The position numbers and the translations under genes were made by a program. A stretch of 64,000 bases of DNA from the human T2T-CHM13v2.0 reference genome, Homo sapiens. The notes under the pieces were generated by a model. It made no database searches. It was given only the letters and a program-made list of their open reading frames with translations, and had not been told where the DNA came from. Shown here piece by piece: positions 47,850-61,910 of the stretch (position 1 is its first letter; each line of letters starts with the position of its first letter). The stretch lies in assembly GCF_009914755.1 (NCBI RefSeq), contig NC_060935.1; one strand, given 5' to 3'.

Positions 47850-49180
47850 TTCTTTCTTTATTGAATGATTACATCAGCATTTAAACATACTGCTACTTCT
47901 TCTATTTTAAAAATAAAGTCCCCTGACCTCACTTGGCCTCCAACTACCATTTCATTTTTCTATTTCCATCTATCAAAAAACTTCTCTCAAAAATATTTTC
48001 TATCATGTTTTTCCTTCCATTTATTTCAATCCACTTCATTTAAACTCTCTCCACTGCCCCACTGAAACTGCTCTTACTGACATCACCAATAGTCTCCATA
48101 TACTAAGTCTAATCACATATTCTCATTTTTCTTGAACTATTATCAGCGTTTCACACAGTTTATTACTCCCTTCTTCTAAAAACTATTTGTCTGTTTAGCT
48201 CCTAGGATATCACACTCCTTCCTACTCATTTGTTTCTTTTCAATCTATTTTGCAGGTTTTTCTTCTTTCTCTGATATTTTAGCTTTGATGTAACCCAAGG
48301 CTCAATTCCTAGACCTTATCTCCTCTCTCTCTACACTCACGGCTAGGATGAAATCATCCCCAGTGTCATGGCTTTAAATACTATTTACATGCTAATAATT
48401 CCCAGCCAGGTTTTCTTCTCTGAAATTATAATATATAGAGTCAGGTGGTTGCCCCTGAAATCTAAACTGCTGTATTAACTATCATGCCCAAAACAAAACT
48501 CTTAACTTTATACCCCACGTTCAGATTTACTCCACATATGTTTTCCTCATGTCACTTAATGGTAGACAATTCTATTTATTTGCTTAGATCAGAAATCATT
48601 GCCTTCTTACTTTTTCTCACACTACACATTTGGTTCAGTAGATCGTCCTCCACTTAAATTGTATATCCAGAATCACATGACTTCACACGTTTCCAGCCTA
48701 AGTCACTGCTTTCATGGATTACTGCAATTTATTTCTAACTGGTTTACCTACCTTCACCTTTGCTCATCTATAGTCTATTCTCAGCACAATGGCCAAGATA
48801 ATTATATAAAGAGTAACAGGGTCATGTCATTTTTCTGTTCAGAACAATGCAGTCTTCCTCCATGGCACTGAGAATAAAAGCCAAAGTTCTTAAAATAGTC
48901 TGTGAGACCCTATTAGACCTGACTTCCTATTATCTCTCAGATCTCATCTACCATTCTAACTCAGCACTGCATGGCCACCCTGGCCTCCTCACTGTACAAG
49001 TATATACCAAAGATGAAACTCCTTAAAAACTTTGTAAGCCTTTTCCATCTTCCAGGAATTTCTCTCTCAAATAGTCAACGTGCCTCACTACCACATATCC
49101 TTCAAGCCCCTGTTATACTATTAATTTCCCTGTGAAGCCTACTCTGACCAACCCTGTTTAAAACTGCATGCCACTATCCA
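47850..49180 (+). mobile_element. L2 LINE body fragments
   Basis: Pyrimidine-rich L2-like text (CCACTGAAACTGCTCTTACTGACATCACCAAT, CATGGCTTTAAATACTATTTACATGCTAATAATTCCCA, AGAATAAAAGCCAAAGTTCTT). Confidence 0.65.
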
Positions 49181-49202
49181 GCCCTCCCAAAACCAATGCC
49201 TT

Positions 49203-49690
49203 TGTATGATTCAGATAAGAAAATAAGTCACACCATATTTTAAAAACAGAGAACATTTAATATAAGGAATTGATGACTAAGCTGTAGAAGAGCTGAGAAG
49301 CCAAAAAGAGGTTGGAGAAGCAGCCTGGGCATTAGCAACAGCAAGAAACTTCTACAACAACCTCATAGGACCAGAAGGCCTAGCAAGGGAATGATGTTAC
49401 CGGAACCCTGAATCCAGGTCTTCTGGTGGGAGCTAAAACCATAGTGGAGGTTGTTCAGCTAAACCTCTACTGGAACCATAGAAGAGGGACCGTTTGGCTG
49501 GATGTCCCCAGAATCACAGAGAGGTAGAAGGAGAAATACTCCAGTTTCTGTACTCCTGAGCTCCTTTGTTTCACATTGGGTAAACCCACCTAAAGACCAG
49601 AAGGCCATGGAACTTGAGTAACGTAGCTCCCTGTAATGCATGGTAAAACCAAGATAAGCAGACGGTAGCAGGTTGGTGCACTTACCATCT
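49203..49690. mobile_element. Probable ancient ERVL-type solo LTR (family uncertain)
   Basis: More GC-rich, purine-biased ~490-bp block starting TGTA that interrupts L2-like sequence; ATTTAATATAAGGAATTG...GAGCTGAGAAGCCAAA. Confidence 0.4.
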
Positions 49691-51197
49691 CCTTTGTGTA
49701 CCAAATAATGTGATTGGTTTATTATCTCTTTGCCTTAACAAGATCAAAGGTGAACAAGGGAATGGATATCTGTTTATTTTATTTACTGGGATATCCCTAG
49801 CATTTAGAAACATGTCTGCCACACAGATGTCAAATGTATTTGTAGAATGAGGGAATATGGTAGAATATGAGGGTTGAGAAATGGATTTGCTTCTTACACC
49901 CATCGCAAAACTTTTACTTTTATGAATTAAAATAATGTACCTATGTGATCATTTGTATCCATTAGGAATTACTCGTAAGGATTTATTGTAGAAAAAGTTA
50001 TCAGAGCAAAAGAACAAACATTCAAAATAGGTGGCACACAGAGGACAGAAGCATAACTGCCTCCCACAGGTCACTTGTAAGAAAGTGGCGTTTCATGACT
50101 TTTGAAGAAAGTATAAAAGAGGAATACTTGTTCAAGTGCTAAAGAGAGTTCGAAGGAGGGATAGAGTGAAGATAAAGAGGATTTCAAGCAGCTGCGCATA
50201 AAGTTTTAGAGTGATGAATAAGGGATAGAGAAATTTTAGGACATTATCTTGGACTAGGAATTGGATGCCCTTTAACAGTTTGTCAGTGATGACTATAATG
50301 ATAGAAGAACCCTTAACTACCTGTTTCCTCGGAACTGCTTCTTTGAATTTAATAGTACCAAGGCTGTGGCATTAGTGTCCCTGGGATTTATAGGGGTTAC
50401 GGCTTACCTAAATGTGTGCCAGTCTCACTCACAAGATAAACGTAGCTTATCTTAGTAGCTAGATGACACTACTGCCTAGTTTAGAAAATTAGATCTTCCT
50501 AGATAAGCCATTTATTTACCAACAAGAAATGTGTATATGAATCTTATTTGTTCCTATTAATCTATTTAACATTTATTTACAAATGCTAGAGATACAGCAA
50601 CACGGACACAATTCTTGCCTTCAAAAGTAATGCACGTTAAGGTATATGGGACAGAAAAAAGGAGACGGAAAGTATAATATGATAAAGCATAGTATAAACT
50701 ATAAATGCCATGAACTATTCTTTTCTCATGAGATAATTTCTAATAGTGACCTTCAGCTAGCTTGTAATTACTGTCTAATTACAAACAGTTTCTTTCTCAT
50801 ACAAATCAAAATTTGAGAGTTAAGGTAGAAATTGTTCTTTATTTTTCATTTTTTAACTTAATCCCAAATGCAATTGCAGAAAATTATTCTTTAAAGAGGA
50901 AAAAAGTAAGTATTATCTTATCTTCTTCATGGTTCCAGTGGAGACACAGCCTTAAAAACTCTTTGTCTACAGCTAATGGCAAACATTTTTTTCTTTCTTT
51001 TTTGGTTCTTCTCAACTTAAGTCCTGGAATGGTTAATATACATCCTTGAGTCTTTATGTATAAGCTTTTGTGAGAATATAGGGCTCAACTTCACATTATT
51101 TTCTAAAATTCAGAGACTCAAGAGTTTAAATGCTATAAAGAGACCTATAAACACTCTTCTATGAAACTTCTTTTTTTTATTTAACCAGTTGTGTGTG

Positions 51198-52037
51198 TTT
51201 TTTTTTTTATTATTATACTTTAAGTTGTAGGATACATCTGCACAATGTGCAGGTTTGTTACAAATGTATACATGTGCCATGTTGGTGTGCTGCACCCATT
51301 AACTTGTCATTTACAATACGTATATCTCCTAATGCTATCCATACCCCCTCCCCCCACCCCATGACAGGCCCCAGTGTGTGTTGTCCCATCCTAAGTCCAA
51401 GTGTTCTCATTGTTCAATTCCCATCTATGAGTGAGAACATGCGGTGTTTGGTTTTCTGTCCTTGTGATAGTTTGCTCAGAATGATGGTTTCCAGCTTCAT
51501 CCATGTCCCTACAAAGGACATGAACTCATCATTTTTTATGGCCGCATAGTATTCCATGGTGTATATGTGCCACATTTTCTTAATCCAGTCTATCATTGAT
51601 GGACATTAGGGTTGGTTCCAAGTCTTTGCTATTGTGAATAGTGCCGCAATAAACATACGTGTGCATGTGTCTTTATAGCAGCATGATTTATAATCCTTTG
51701 GGTATATACCCAGTAATGGGATGGCTGGGTCAAATGGTATTTCTAGTTCTAGATCCCTGAGGAATCGCCACATTGACTTCCACAATGGTTGAACTAGTTT
51801 ACAGTCCCACCAACAGTGTAAAATCGTTCCTATTTCTCCACATCCTCTCCAGCACCTGTTGTTTCCTGACTTTTAAATGATCGCCATTCTAACTGGTGTG
51901 AGATGGTATCTCATTGTGGTTTTGATTTGCATTTCTCTGATGGCCAGTGATGATGAACATTTTTTCATATGTCTTTTGGCTGCATAAATGTCTTCTTTTG
52001 AGAAGTATCTGTTCATATCCTTCGCCCACTTTTTGAT
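51198..52037 (-). mobile_element. 5'-truncated L1PA (L1PA4/5-like)
   Basis: Reverse L1 3'UTR and ORF2 C-terminus (MIDWIKKMWHIYTMEYY...); T-runs at both ends, right one followed by AA (EN site). Confidence 0.94.
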
Positions 52038-53669
52038 TTTTTTTTTTTTTTAAATGAACTACTGTCATCACCTTCCTCATTCTGCTGTACCTCCCTGCAT
52101 TAACTGATGAGGGCATTTTTCCCCCTCATTCAGCTGTTACCTTTTTCTATTCTCTTTTCTCTTCTATTCCCTAATTTCTTCTGTTATCTCTTTTCCTCCT
52201 TTTTAAACTAATCTCCTTGTATCCTCTTTAACTTTCTTTTCTTATCTTTTTCCTACACTTCCTCTCCACACTTATTTCTGGGAAGCTTATATACTCCTGC
52301 AATTTGAATATTGCTGTTATGTTGACAGTGATAAAATAGACATATCTATCACAAAACTCTCTCCTGGCTGCAGGCCCCCATTTCCTACTGTCAAAGATAC
52401 AGCTCCGCTGTGCTCCAGGCTGGAATTCACTTTCCCAAATACCTTCCCTGTAACCTCACTACTTATTGCACCACGCTGTCCTATGAGCAGTGGTAAAAGT
52501 AAGCACGATGGATTCATATACATCGAGCTTCTGATCCTGGCTCAACCACTTGACTGCTGTGCAACTTCAAGAATAATTTCAAACCTATTTGAGATTTTTA
52601 TCTTATGCAAAATAACTTGATAATCCTTACCTCATAATTTTGTCATGATGATTATGATGACACATAAAAAACTGAGTTATTCTATCCTTAGGGGTTCATT
52701 ATAATGGATTAAACATAATCCCACATGCGGTGGGTTCCTTAGGATGCTTCTTTATCTCTTTAGGGATTCTAGGGGAATTTGGTACCTGATTTTCCTATTA
52801 TATTTGGTTTTGAGATCCTACTTTCAGTGAATGAGAGCAAATAATAGACTTATTTTGGTAGTAAGTAAAAAATATGGCCACAATTTTTTTGCAGTAACTT
52901 TCATTAACAGATGGGCTTCATTTCCTTAGCCTTTGAATTTGGGGTGGCTCTGTGACTCTACTTTGACCAATAGAATATGACACAGTGACACAGTGCGATT
53001 TCTGAGCCTAAAGCTCAAGAGGTCTTGCAGCTTCCACCACTGCTGTCTCAGAACACTGAAACTTACTAAAGGATAATTTTCTTTTCTGTGAAGAGAGATA
53101 CCAAAAGTACTGTCCTCATTAAGATTTTTTTAAGGATTACATGAGATGGTACAGGTCAAAGGTTCAGCACAGAGTAAGTATTTGGTAAACGTAATCTATT
53201 TTCCTCTATAGTTTCCTCATTATTATAAAAAACAACATTATTTTAATTGTAAAACTCTCTCCAAGCCATAGTGAATTCCAGGTCACTCTTCATATTGTAT
53301 ATACTCTCCCCTCCTTGCCATTGTGCATTATTACCTCCTTCTATAATGTCTTTCTTCACCCTGAAACCAAATTTTATTCATTGTGTTCGTTCGTACCCAT
53401 TCCCTAAGGACCAATTTATGAATTATCTTCATGCATTCTTCTTTTAGCCTTCCTTCCCCAAACTAAATCCATCTCTCCCTTTTTCCCAGCTGCACACCCA
53501 CAACACCTTGTATGACTCTCCACTCTCATATTTACTACATCAGTGTAAATTCGTGTTCATTTTTGTGTGTCCAGGAAAGACTGATATTTTGGGGAGCAGG
53601 CATCATACAAATATTTCTTTATATTATCATTATTGTCATGATTATGGCCACAATTTATTCTGGGTTTCC

Positions 53670-54541
<872 letters not shown>

Positions 54542-54791
54542 GGCTCTTTAATTCATTTTTAAAATCACTTAAATTTTCTTACTGTGAGCACACGTGGTTG
54601 ACTTTTTATAGAGATAAGAAAACTATACATAGGGAGGTTAACTTGTTCAAGGTCACAAGACTGTTAGGCAATGCCTATAATTCAAATCCTGGATATTATT
54701 GTCTCCAGATTCTGAGTTCTTTGCTGCTATTTGGTACAGCCTGTAAGACTTCCTCAGTCACAGCTGTCCCCTTCCACAGGGTTGACTAAGA

Positions 54792-55308
54792 CAGGGGACC
54801 CCCAACCCCTGGGCAATGAACTAGCACTGGTCCTAGCTTTTTAGGAACCCAGTGGCACAGCAAGAGATGAGCATGAGTGAAGCTTCATCTTTATTTACAG
54901 CTACTCCCCATGGCTGCATTACCACCTGAGCTCTGCCTCATGTCACATAAATGGTGGCATTAGATTCTCATAGGAGCATGATCCCTATTGTGTACTGTGC
55001 ATGTGAGGTTGCCCAATCCTTACGAAAATCTAATGCCTGATGATCCGTCAGTCTCCCATCACCCCCAAATGGGAACTTCTAGTTGCAGGAAAACAAGCTC
55101 AGGGCTACCGCTGATTCAAGATTATGGTGAATTGTTTCATTATTGCATTATATCTTACAATGCAATAATAATAGAAATAAAGTGCATAATAAATGTAACA
55201 CGCTTGAATCATCCCTAAACCATCCCTCTATCTCCCCGCCCCTGGTGCATGGAAAAATTGTCTCCCACAAAACCTGTCCCTGGTACCAGAAAAGGTTGGG
55301 GACTGCTG
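54792..55308 (+). mobile_element. MER1A (hAT-Charlie) DNA transposon
   Basis: TIRs CAGGGGACCCCCAACC / GGTTGGGGACTGCTG; 517 bp; perfect 8-bp TSD GACTAAGA (54784-54791, 55309-55316). Confidence 0.92.
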
Positions 55309-55781
55309 GACTAAGACATATTTAGCAAAGTATGTTGCCTGGTGCTAAACATTGATTCAAGGTGTCGATTAATATATCTTAATTTCATACTTCTATTTTC
55401 TCAGTGCATCCTCTAATAATAACAAAATCGACTTCCTTTTAGTTATTGAGAGTTGGGAAAACATATGGGAATGTTTTTAAAGACCAGTTATGAAAGATAT
55501 TTCTAAATGGCTGCAAAAATAAGTAAATTGTGAAATAAAGTTTGAAACAAATATTAATCCATTTGGATAAAGCTAGTTTTAGATCAGTGTAGAAATTATT
55601 AAAATAGATTTAAGCAACTCTTGAGTAGCTATGAGATCTGGGGCTATTCACTTTCTTTCTTTCTCTGGGTCTTTCTTTTCTCATCTGTAAAATGAGCTAG
55701 GGTTGGATAAAGTAACTGTACCATCGAGTCCCACCGACAGTCCAGATTGTTTCCCAGTTTTTCTCTTTTTAATTTTGGATG

Positions 55782-55801
55782 GTACCACTAGGTGGCAGCA
55801 G
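55782..55801 (+). promoter_or_regulatory. Candidate CTCF binding site
   Basis: GTACCACTAGGTGGCAGCAG closely matches the CTCF core CCAC(C/T)AG(G/A)(G/T)GGC(A/G)GC; motif only, no occupancy data. Confidence 0.55.
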
Positions 55802-56489
55802 GAATTTAATAATACTTATCTTTTCCTTAGTTCTCTGGTTTCCAAAAAGATATTTTGCTTGAGTAGGAATCATTTTGGAGAATACTACTACCATACCACC
55901 ACCACATTAAACACAACTAAAAAACAAAGCTAAAGCACACAGTAACGAAAACAAACCACTTCAAACTCACCTCAGCATATCACTATCTTATGAAATACAT
56001 TATCACAAGGTCTAAATTTTTATTATTTATTACATATCTTAATTCTATGAACTCTAAACATGTGTATACAACTACCAGCTCAATATTTCAACTTGGATGT
56101 CTAATAAGTACCTTACACCTAAACACAGCCAAACAAAACTCAATTTCTCTCTCACAACCCTTACACCTTCAAAGCTTTTGCCATCTCAGAAAATGAAAAT
56201 ATTATTTCCCACGTTTCTTAATCCAAATATCTAGTAGACATAAATTGATTGCTTCTTTCCCTCCTATTCTACAACCCACCCGTCACAAATGCTTTGACTT
56301 TACCTTCCAAACCCATTGCTAAAATTTCCATTTATGTCTGTCTTCACTGCTACCATCGCTTTCTCTTGCTGGAATGAACTCAAAACCCACTAATTGGACT
56401 TCCTATTTCTCTTTTTGCGCCTCTACAATCTATGTTCTGCATTTTAACTAGAGTGATTGTTTCAAATATAATATAAATAATACCAATAC

Positions 56490-56797
56490 GGCCGGGTGCG
56501 GTGGCTCACTCCTGTAATCCCAGCACTTTGGGAGGCCGAGGCGGGCGGATCACGAGGTCAGGAGATCAAGACCATCCTGGCTAACACGGTGAAACCCCGT
56601 CTTTACTAAAAAAAAATACAAAGAATTAGCCAGGCGAGGTGGCGGGTGCCTGTAGTCCCAGCTACTCTGGAGGCTGAGGCAAGAGAATGGCGTGAACCCC
56701 GCGGGGCGGAGCCTGCAGTGAGCCGAGATTGTGCCACTGCACTCCAGCCTGGGCGACAGAGAGATTCTGTCTCAAAAAAAAAAAAAAAAAAAAAAAA
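56490..56797 (+). mobile_element. AluY (AluYe-like variant), full length
   Basis: GGCCGGGTGCGGTGGCTCAC...; variants GGCGAGGTGGCGGG and GAACCCCGCGGGGCGGAGCCTGCAG; pure ~25-nt A tail; perfect TSD AATACCAATAC (56479-56489, 56798-56808). Confidence 0.95.
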
Positions 56798-56830
56798 AAT
56801 ACCAATACTACTCTGTGGTTTAAAACTCTC

Positions 56831-57308
56831 CGCTATAGCGTGCATATTTGTTCCCTCAAAATCTCATGTTGCAATTTGATCCTAGTGTTGGATGTGGGGT
56901 CTAATCAGAGGTTTTTGGGACATGGGAGTGGATCCCCCCTCATGAACAGATGGGTTGGAAGGAGTGAATGAGTTCTAGCTCTATTACTTCCAGTGAGAGC
57001 TTGTTAAAAAGAGCCTAGTACCTCCCACTTCTCTGTCTTATTTCCTCTCTTGTCATGTGGTCTCTCCGAACTGGCTCTCCTTCACCTTCTTTCATGAATG
57101 GAAGCAGCCTGACACCCTCACCAGATCTTCCGTTCTCCAGCCAGCAGAATCATGGGCCAATAAGCCTCTTTATTTCAGTTTGGTGCAAAATTAATCGCAG
57201 TTTTTGCCATTACTTTCAATGATAAAAACAGCAATTACTTTTGCACCAACCTAATACATTACCTAGCCTCAGTTATTCCTTTATAACAACACTAAATGGA
57301 CTAAGACA
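56831..57308 (+). mobile_element. MSTB-like MaLR solo LTR containing MADE1
   Basis: CGCTATAG...AAAATCTCATGTTG...ATGGACTAAGACA; 5-bp TSD CTCTC/CCCTC. Confidence 0.85.
57175..57254. mobile_element. MADE1 (Hsmar1-derived MITE), 80-bp palindrome
   Basis: TCAGTTTGGTGCAAAATTAATCGCAGTTTTTGCCATT-ACTTTC-AATGATAAAAACAGCAATTACTTTTGCACCAACCTAA followed by TA. Confidence 0.92.
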
Positions 57309-58264
57309 CCCTCCAAAATATTCTCATTGCCCTTAAAAAAATTCCAACTCTATGCCATGATCTATGCATGTTTTCATAATCCCGTGGCTTTCTACCCTTA
57401 CAGTTTACACATTCACTCCTCTGCTCCAGCAACACTGAGCATCTCCCAACCTACAAACACACACACACACACCCCAATCCCTCCTGCTTTAAGTTGGTTC
57501 TTCCCTCTGTCTGGAAGGCTCCAATACTACCAATGCCTGGCCTCTTTTCATCCTTCAAGTCTCAGCTTATGGAAGTCCTACCTGCCTAGACCATCTGTGG
57601 TGCCAATGGACACTTTCTTTACATTAGCCTAATTTGTTTCCATTTCAGCAATTACCACTCTTTGAATTATCTTGTCTGTTTGTTTGTTTACTTGCTTATT
57701 ATCTTTCCTCACTAAAATGTGTTACTTAGGCCAGAAATAGATCATGTATTCACCACAGTGCATATATTTCAAATGAAGTATGGATATAATTGGATTTTTC
57801 ATGAAAGGTTAAAAGGGTACACCAACATCACAGGGAGAAACAGGATTTCCCTATGGATCTTTGGTCTTCATTGAATCCAGCCATTTAAAAGCACTTATTT
57901 TTCCGTGAAAATCCTCATATTACAAGCATTTTTGGTCTTAATGTTTTTTTCTCTCTCAGTAACCATTTAACAACAAAATAATGTTATTTATAGCCTCTTA
58001 GCAATGACAACAAGTAACATTTGAGTCCTTACTCTGTGCTAAGCCCAGGGCTAAATACTTTATATTTCCAGTATACTAATTATTAAAACTTCTCTGTGAT
58101 TGGAGTTCATACTGACATTTTCTAAAATATTACAGTCAATGCAGCAAATGAGAGTAAGGGCTACTGCCAAAATCTCCCAGGTCTGAAGCTAGTATATACT
58201 GGAGCCAGGACCTCATCTCTAGCAGTACTGGTCCAGAGACTGTCCATTCATTCAACTGCCTTTT

Positions 58265-58750
58265 TGCCTTGGTTTGTTGTGGCTGCTAAACAAATTACCA
58301 CAAATGTAGTGGCTTAAAACAATGCTTATTTATTCTCTTACAGTTGCAGAAGTCAGAAGTCTGAAGTCATTTTTACTAGGTTAAAGTTAAGGTGTAGTTA
58401 GAGCTAATTTATTCTGGATTCTAGGCAGGAAGAATTTGTTTTCTTGACTTTTCAACTTCTAGTGGCTGCCTGTATTTCTTGGCAGTGACTCCAAAGTGCA
58501 GCAGTCCAGTCTCTCCTTCAGTCATTACATCACCTTCTCCTCTGCCTCTGACTCCTCCTGCCTCCTTTTTATAAGGATCCTTGTGATTACAGTGAGCTAA
58601 ACCAGATAATCCGGAGTATTTTCCCACATCTCAAGATTCTTAATCACACACACATTCAAAGTCCTCTTTGCTGTATCAAGTAACCTTCCCAAGTTCCAGG
58701 GATTGGGTTGCAGATATATTTGGGGGACCATTTATTAAGCCTCATCACAC
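58265..58750 (-). mobile_element. MLT1 (MLT1D/E-like) MaLR LTR
   Basis: GGCTGCTAAACAAATTACCACAAATGTAGTGGCTTAAAACAA...ATAAGGATCCTTGTGATTACA...TTTGGGGGACCATT. Confidence 0.75.
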
Positions 58751-59863
58751 AACCCCATTGCTAGCCAGAGATAGGGAGGAGATACTGGGGTGTCATATGC
58801 ATGACCTAAGTGACTTGCCTCCACACACCAGTCTCTCTACAAGTAATTTAACCTACTGCTTCAGCAAAATTACAGAATGCAGAACATCATGGACCTTTGA
58901 CTTCACTCACAAATAATTGATGCTGAAAATGCTTGTGGTATACTATATATTGATAATAAACATGCCTGCAAAGTGTTAAACACAAATGTTGAAAACTAAG
59001 TTCTAATTCATTCCCTTTCTACCTCTTAAGAATCACTCTGACATGCTACAGATAATTATTATTTGAAAAGGGAGAATACTTTTTATAAGGTTCAAAAACC
59101 TTTGCTTATTACAGATATGACCTAAATGAATTAACTTAAAAAAAATTAATGCTGGGCTTTATTAAACCAGCTCCTCAATGCCAGTTGTTAAAAAATGATA
59201 CTGGCAAGCAGTGAAATACCTTGTAAAGTGCCCAGTAGCATCTATAAATAAATTTACAATTCACTTAGGATGGAAACAGTAAAGAGGAAGACTAGAATAT
59301 ATCAATAGGGCTGTAAAATGATGCTTTTGCTTCCATTTACTTCTGACCTCTCAATTACAAAGGCTCCTCAAAAGAGGGTAGAGCGTCACCCCCACATTGC
59401 TGCTCTCAGCATATCTGGCAACACAGACCTTCCATTGAAACTTTCATTTCATTACATCCCTGGAGGCAGAAGAACTTTCCAAGTCCAAAGTGGTTCTTTA
59501 AGAGGAATAGTTTAAGCACAGGATCATCTGCAATCAAGGTCAAATTGTCTCCATGGTACACTTTTTAAAAAAGCCACTATAACTGAGAGTTTCGATTTAT
59601 TTCTCTTTTGCAACGAGATGAGAATATATGATACTACTAGGAGAAATTGTAATTTTGCTATAAAGAAGCGTTTTTCAAATTGTTTCTGACAAAACATGAG
59701 ATCATTTTGTAAGAAAAAAGTTTGAAATATTGTTGACAAATGTTTATTCTATGGTTCTCTTACAGGAATTTGAAATACCAGAGTAGCTTAACAAAGACTC
59801 TGAGAAGTCCTGCAATAAGGAAGTATCATTAACTTTGTTGAACATTTTTTACCATTGACTCCA

Positions 59864-60270
59864 TGATATAGTTTGAATATTTGTCCCCACTCAAATCCCA
59901 TGTTGAATTGTAATCCCCCATTTTGGGAGTGGGGCCTGGTGGGAGGTGTTTGGGTCATGGGGGCAGACACCTCATGGCTTGGCACTGTACTTGCAACAGT
60001 GAGTGAGTTCTCATGAGATCTGGTTAACTGTTTGGCACCTCCTCCCTCCTCACTCCTACAAGAGATGTGAAGGAGTGCCATGTGATGTGCAAGCTCCTAC
60101 TTCGCCTTCTACCATGAGTAAAAGCTCCCCGAGGCCTCCACAGAAAATGAGCAGATGCCCTTGTTATGCTAGTACAGCCCACAGAACTGTGAGCCAATTA
60201 AACTTCTCTTCTTTTTAAATTACCCGGTCTCTGCTGTTTCCCTATAATAATGCAAGAATGGCCTAATACA
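59864..60270 (+). mobile_element. MSTA-like MaLR solo LTR
   Basis: TGATATAGTTTGAATATTTGTCCCC...GGCCTAATACA; 5-bp TSD CTCCA/CTCCC. Confidence 0.88.
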
Positions 60271-61179
60271 CTCCCTTATCTGCATACCGTGTATCTCCAT
60301 TTTATAGAAGGATGCTTTGTGACGTATGCTATAAGAAATACTGCTCTAAAGAGTTTTTGTAGATGAGATGGCTAAAGTATCACAGAAATGGTATTGTGAA
60401 CAACCATTCTGAAATGGATGGGCCTTGGAAATAATGATCTAAAAATTCAGAAACTAAAATATTTGTCCCATGAAATACTCTCTAAATGAGTTCCATGTCC
60501 ATGTAAATTTAGGCAACATTGCACATTATATCCATTTTCTTAGAGAGTAAACATGCTGGAAAAAAAAACAGCGTTACTTTATCTAATTAAATTTTAGAAG
60601 GTTTATTTGAATATCAAAATTCATTTCCCCCCAGGAGTAATGATAAATACTAGGGGAGCTAGTGTGAAAAGTGCTTTGGAAAAATATGATGTGGTAGCAA
60701 GAAGAGATTTAAGATTCCAACCAATTCAGATTTAATTTTTGGCTCTGCTACTTGCCAGATGAGATTTATTTATGTGGGAGTTTCTGAAGATTCCCATGGT
60801 AAATAGTATTCCTCTTCCCTGCTTAGGTTTTGAAGAAGTTGAATAAATAATTAAATGTAAATGTTGATAGCATAAGATGACCTTTATCGCTAACAGAGGT
60901 CAGGTTTTAGGACATAGCTAAAAGTCTGCTAATGCTGGTGGACTTGCTCACACAGAAAGAACACCCTTGCTAAAGAGGAAGAAGAGGGAAGAGATGTCAA
61001 TCATGTGCATATATGGACATTTTAAATAAGTTCTTCTATTTCTAGGGGGGCTGAGGGATGGAAGGAGTGAAAAGAAGCCAGCAGTACCACACCTCTAAAA
61101 TTCCAAATTCCCTTCAGTGAAAAAGAAACATGAAACATCTCCTCCAGACATATAACCCCATCTTTGAAAAGTGGAGATA

Positions 61180-61910
61180 TCATCCACACAAAAGCCTTCA
61201 CATGAATACTTATACCAGCTTTATTCATAATAAGCTCAAACTGGAAGGAACCAAGATGTCTTTCAATAGGTAAATGGGTAAACAAGCTGTGATATGGCCA
61301 TACAGTGGGATATTACCCAATGATAAAAAGAAACGAAATACTAAGCTGTGAAAAGACAGGAAGGACCCTTAAATGCATATTGCCATTTAAGGAAGAAGCC
61401 AACCTGAAAAGGCTACATGGCATTTTGGGAAAGGCAAAATTATAAAGAAAGTTAAAGGATTGGTGATTCTACGGGTTTCAGTGAGAGGAAGAGAAGGGAT
61501 GAATAAGTGAAGCATAGGGGATCCAAAGCGTGTGATACTATATGATATCATTTTATATGATACTGTATTCTGTAAAAGATTATAGTTCTATATGATACTA
61601 TAGTGGTGGATAGATAATATTGTGCATTTGTCAAAATATATAGAACTGTAGAACACAATAATAGAACTTAAATTGTGGGCTTAGTTGATGATAATATATC
61701 AATATTGATTTATTATTTGTAACAAATACTCCACACTAACGTAAGTAATAATAGGGGAATGTAATAATAGGGGAAACTGTGTTGGTGGGGAGGGAGGCAT
61801 GATATATATGGTACTCTGTACCAATGCCCAATTTTTTGTAAATTTAAAACCATAATAAAATTAAGTATATTAGTTATAAAAATTAAAATAAATATTAAAA
61901 ACAAAAAATA
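61180..61910 (+). mobile_element. L1MC-like 3' end
   Basis: CCACACAAAAGCCTTCACATGAATACTTATACCAGCTTTATTCATAAT...TTTTTGTAAATTTAAAACC, then A-rich tail. Confidence 0.78.

Noticed and set aside
51168-51210. Second possible 3' transduction (two T tracts separated by ~19 nt at the tail of the minus-strand L1)
   Set aside because: The only TSD candidate is a T run, so simple insertion into a poly-T explains it equally well; not resolvable from this sequence.
58900-59860. Repeat-free stretch that could hold an exon or conserved enhancer (similarly 44560-46100 and 26430-28000)
   Set aside because: No convincing splice-site-bounded coding frame or recognisable protein motif; cannot be judged without conservation or RNA data.
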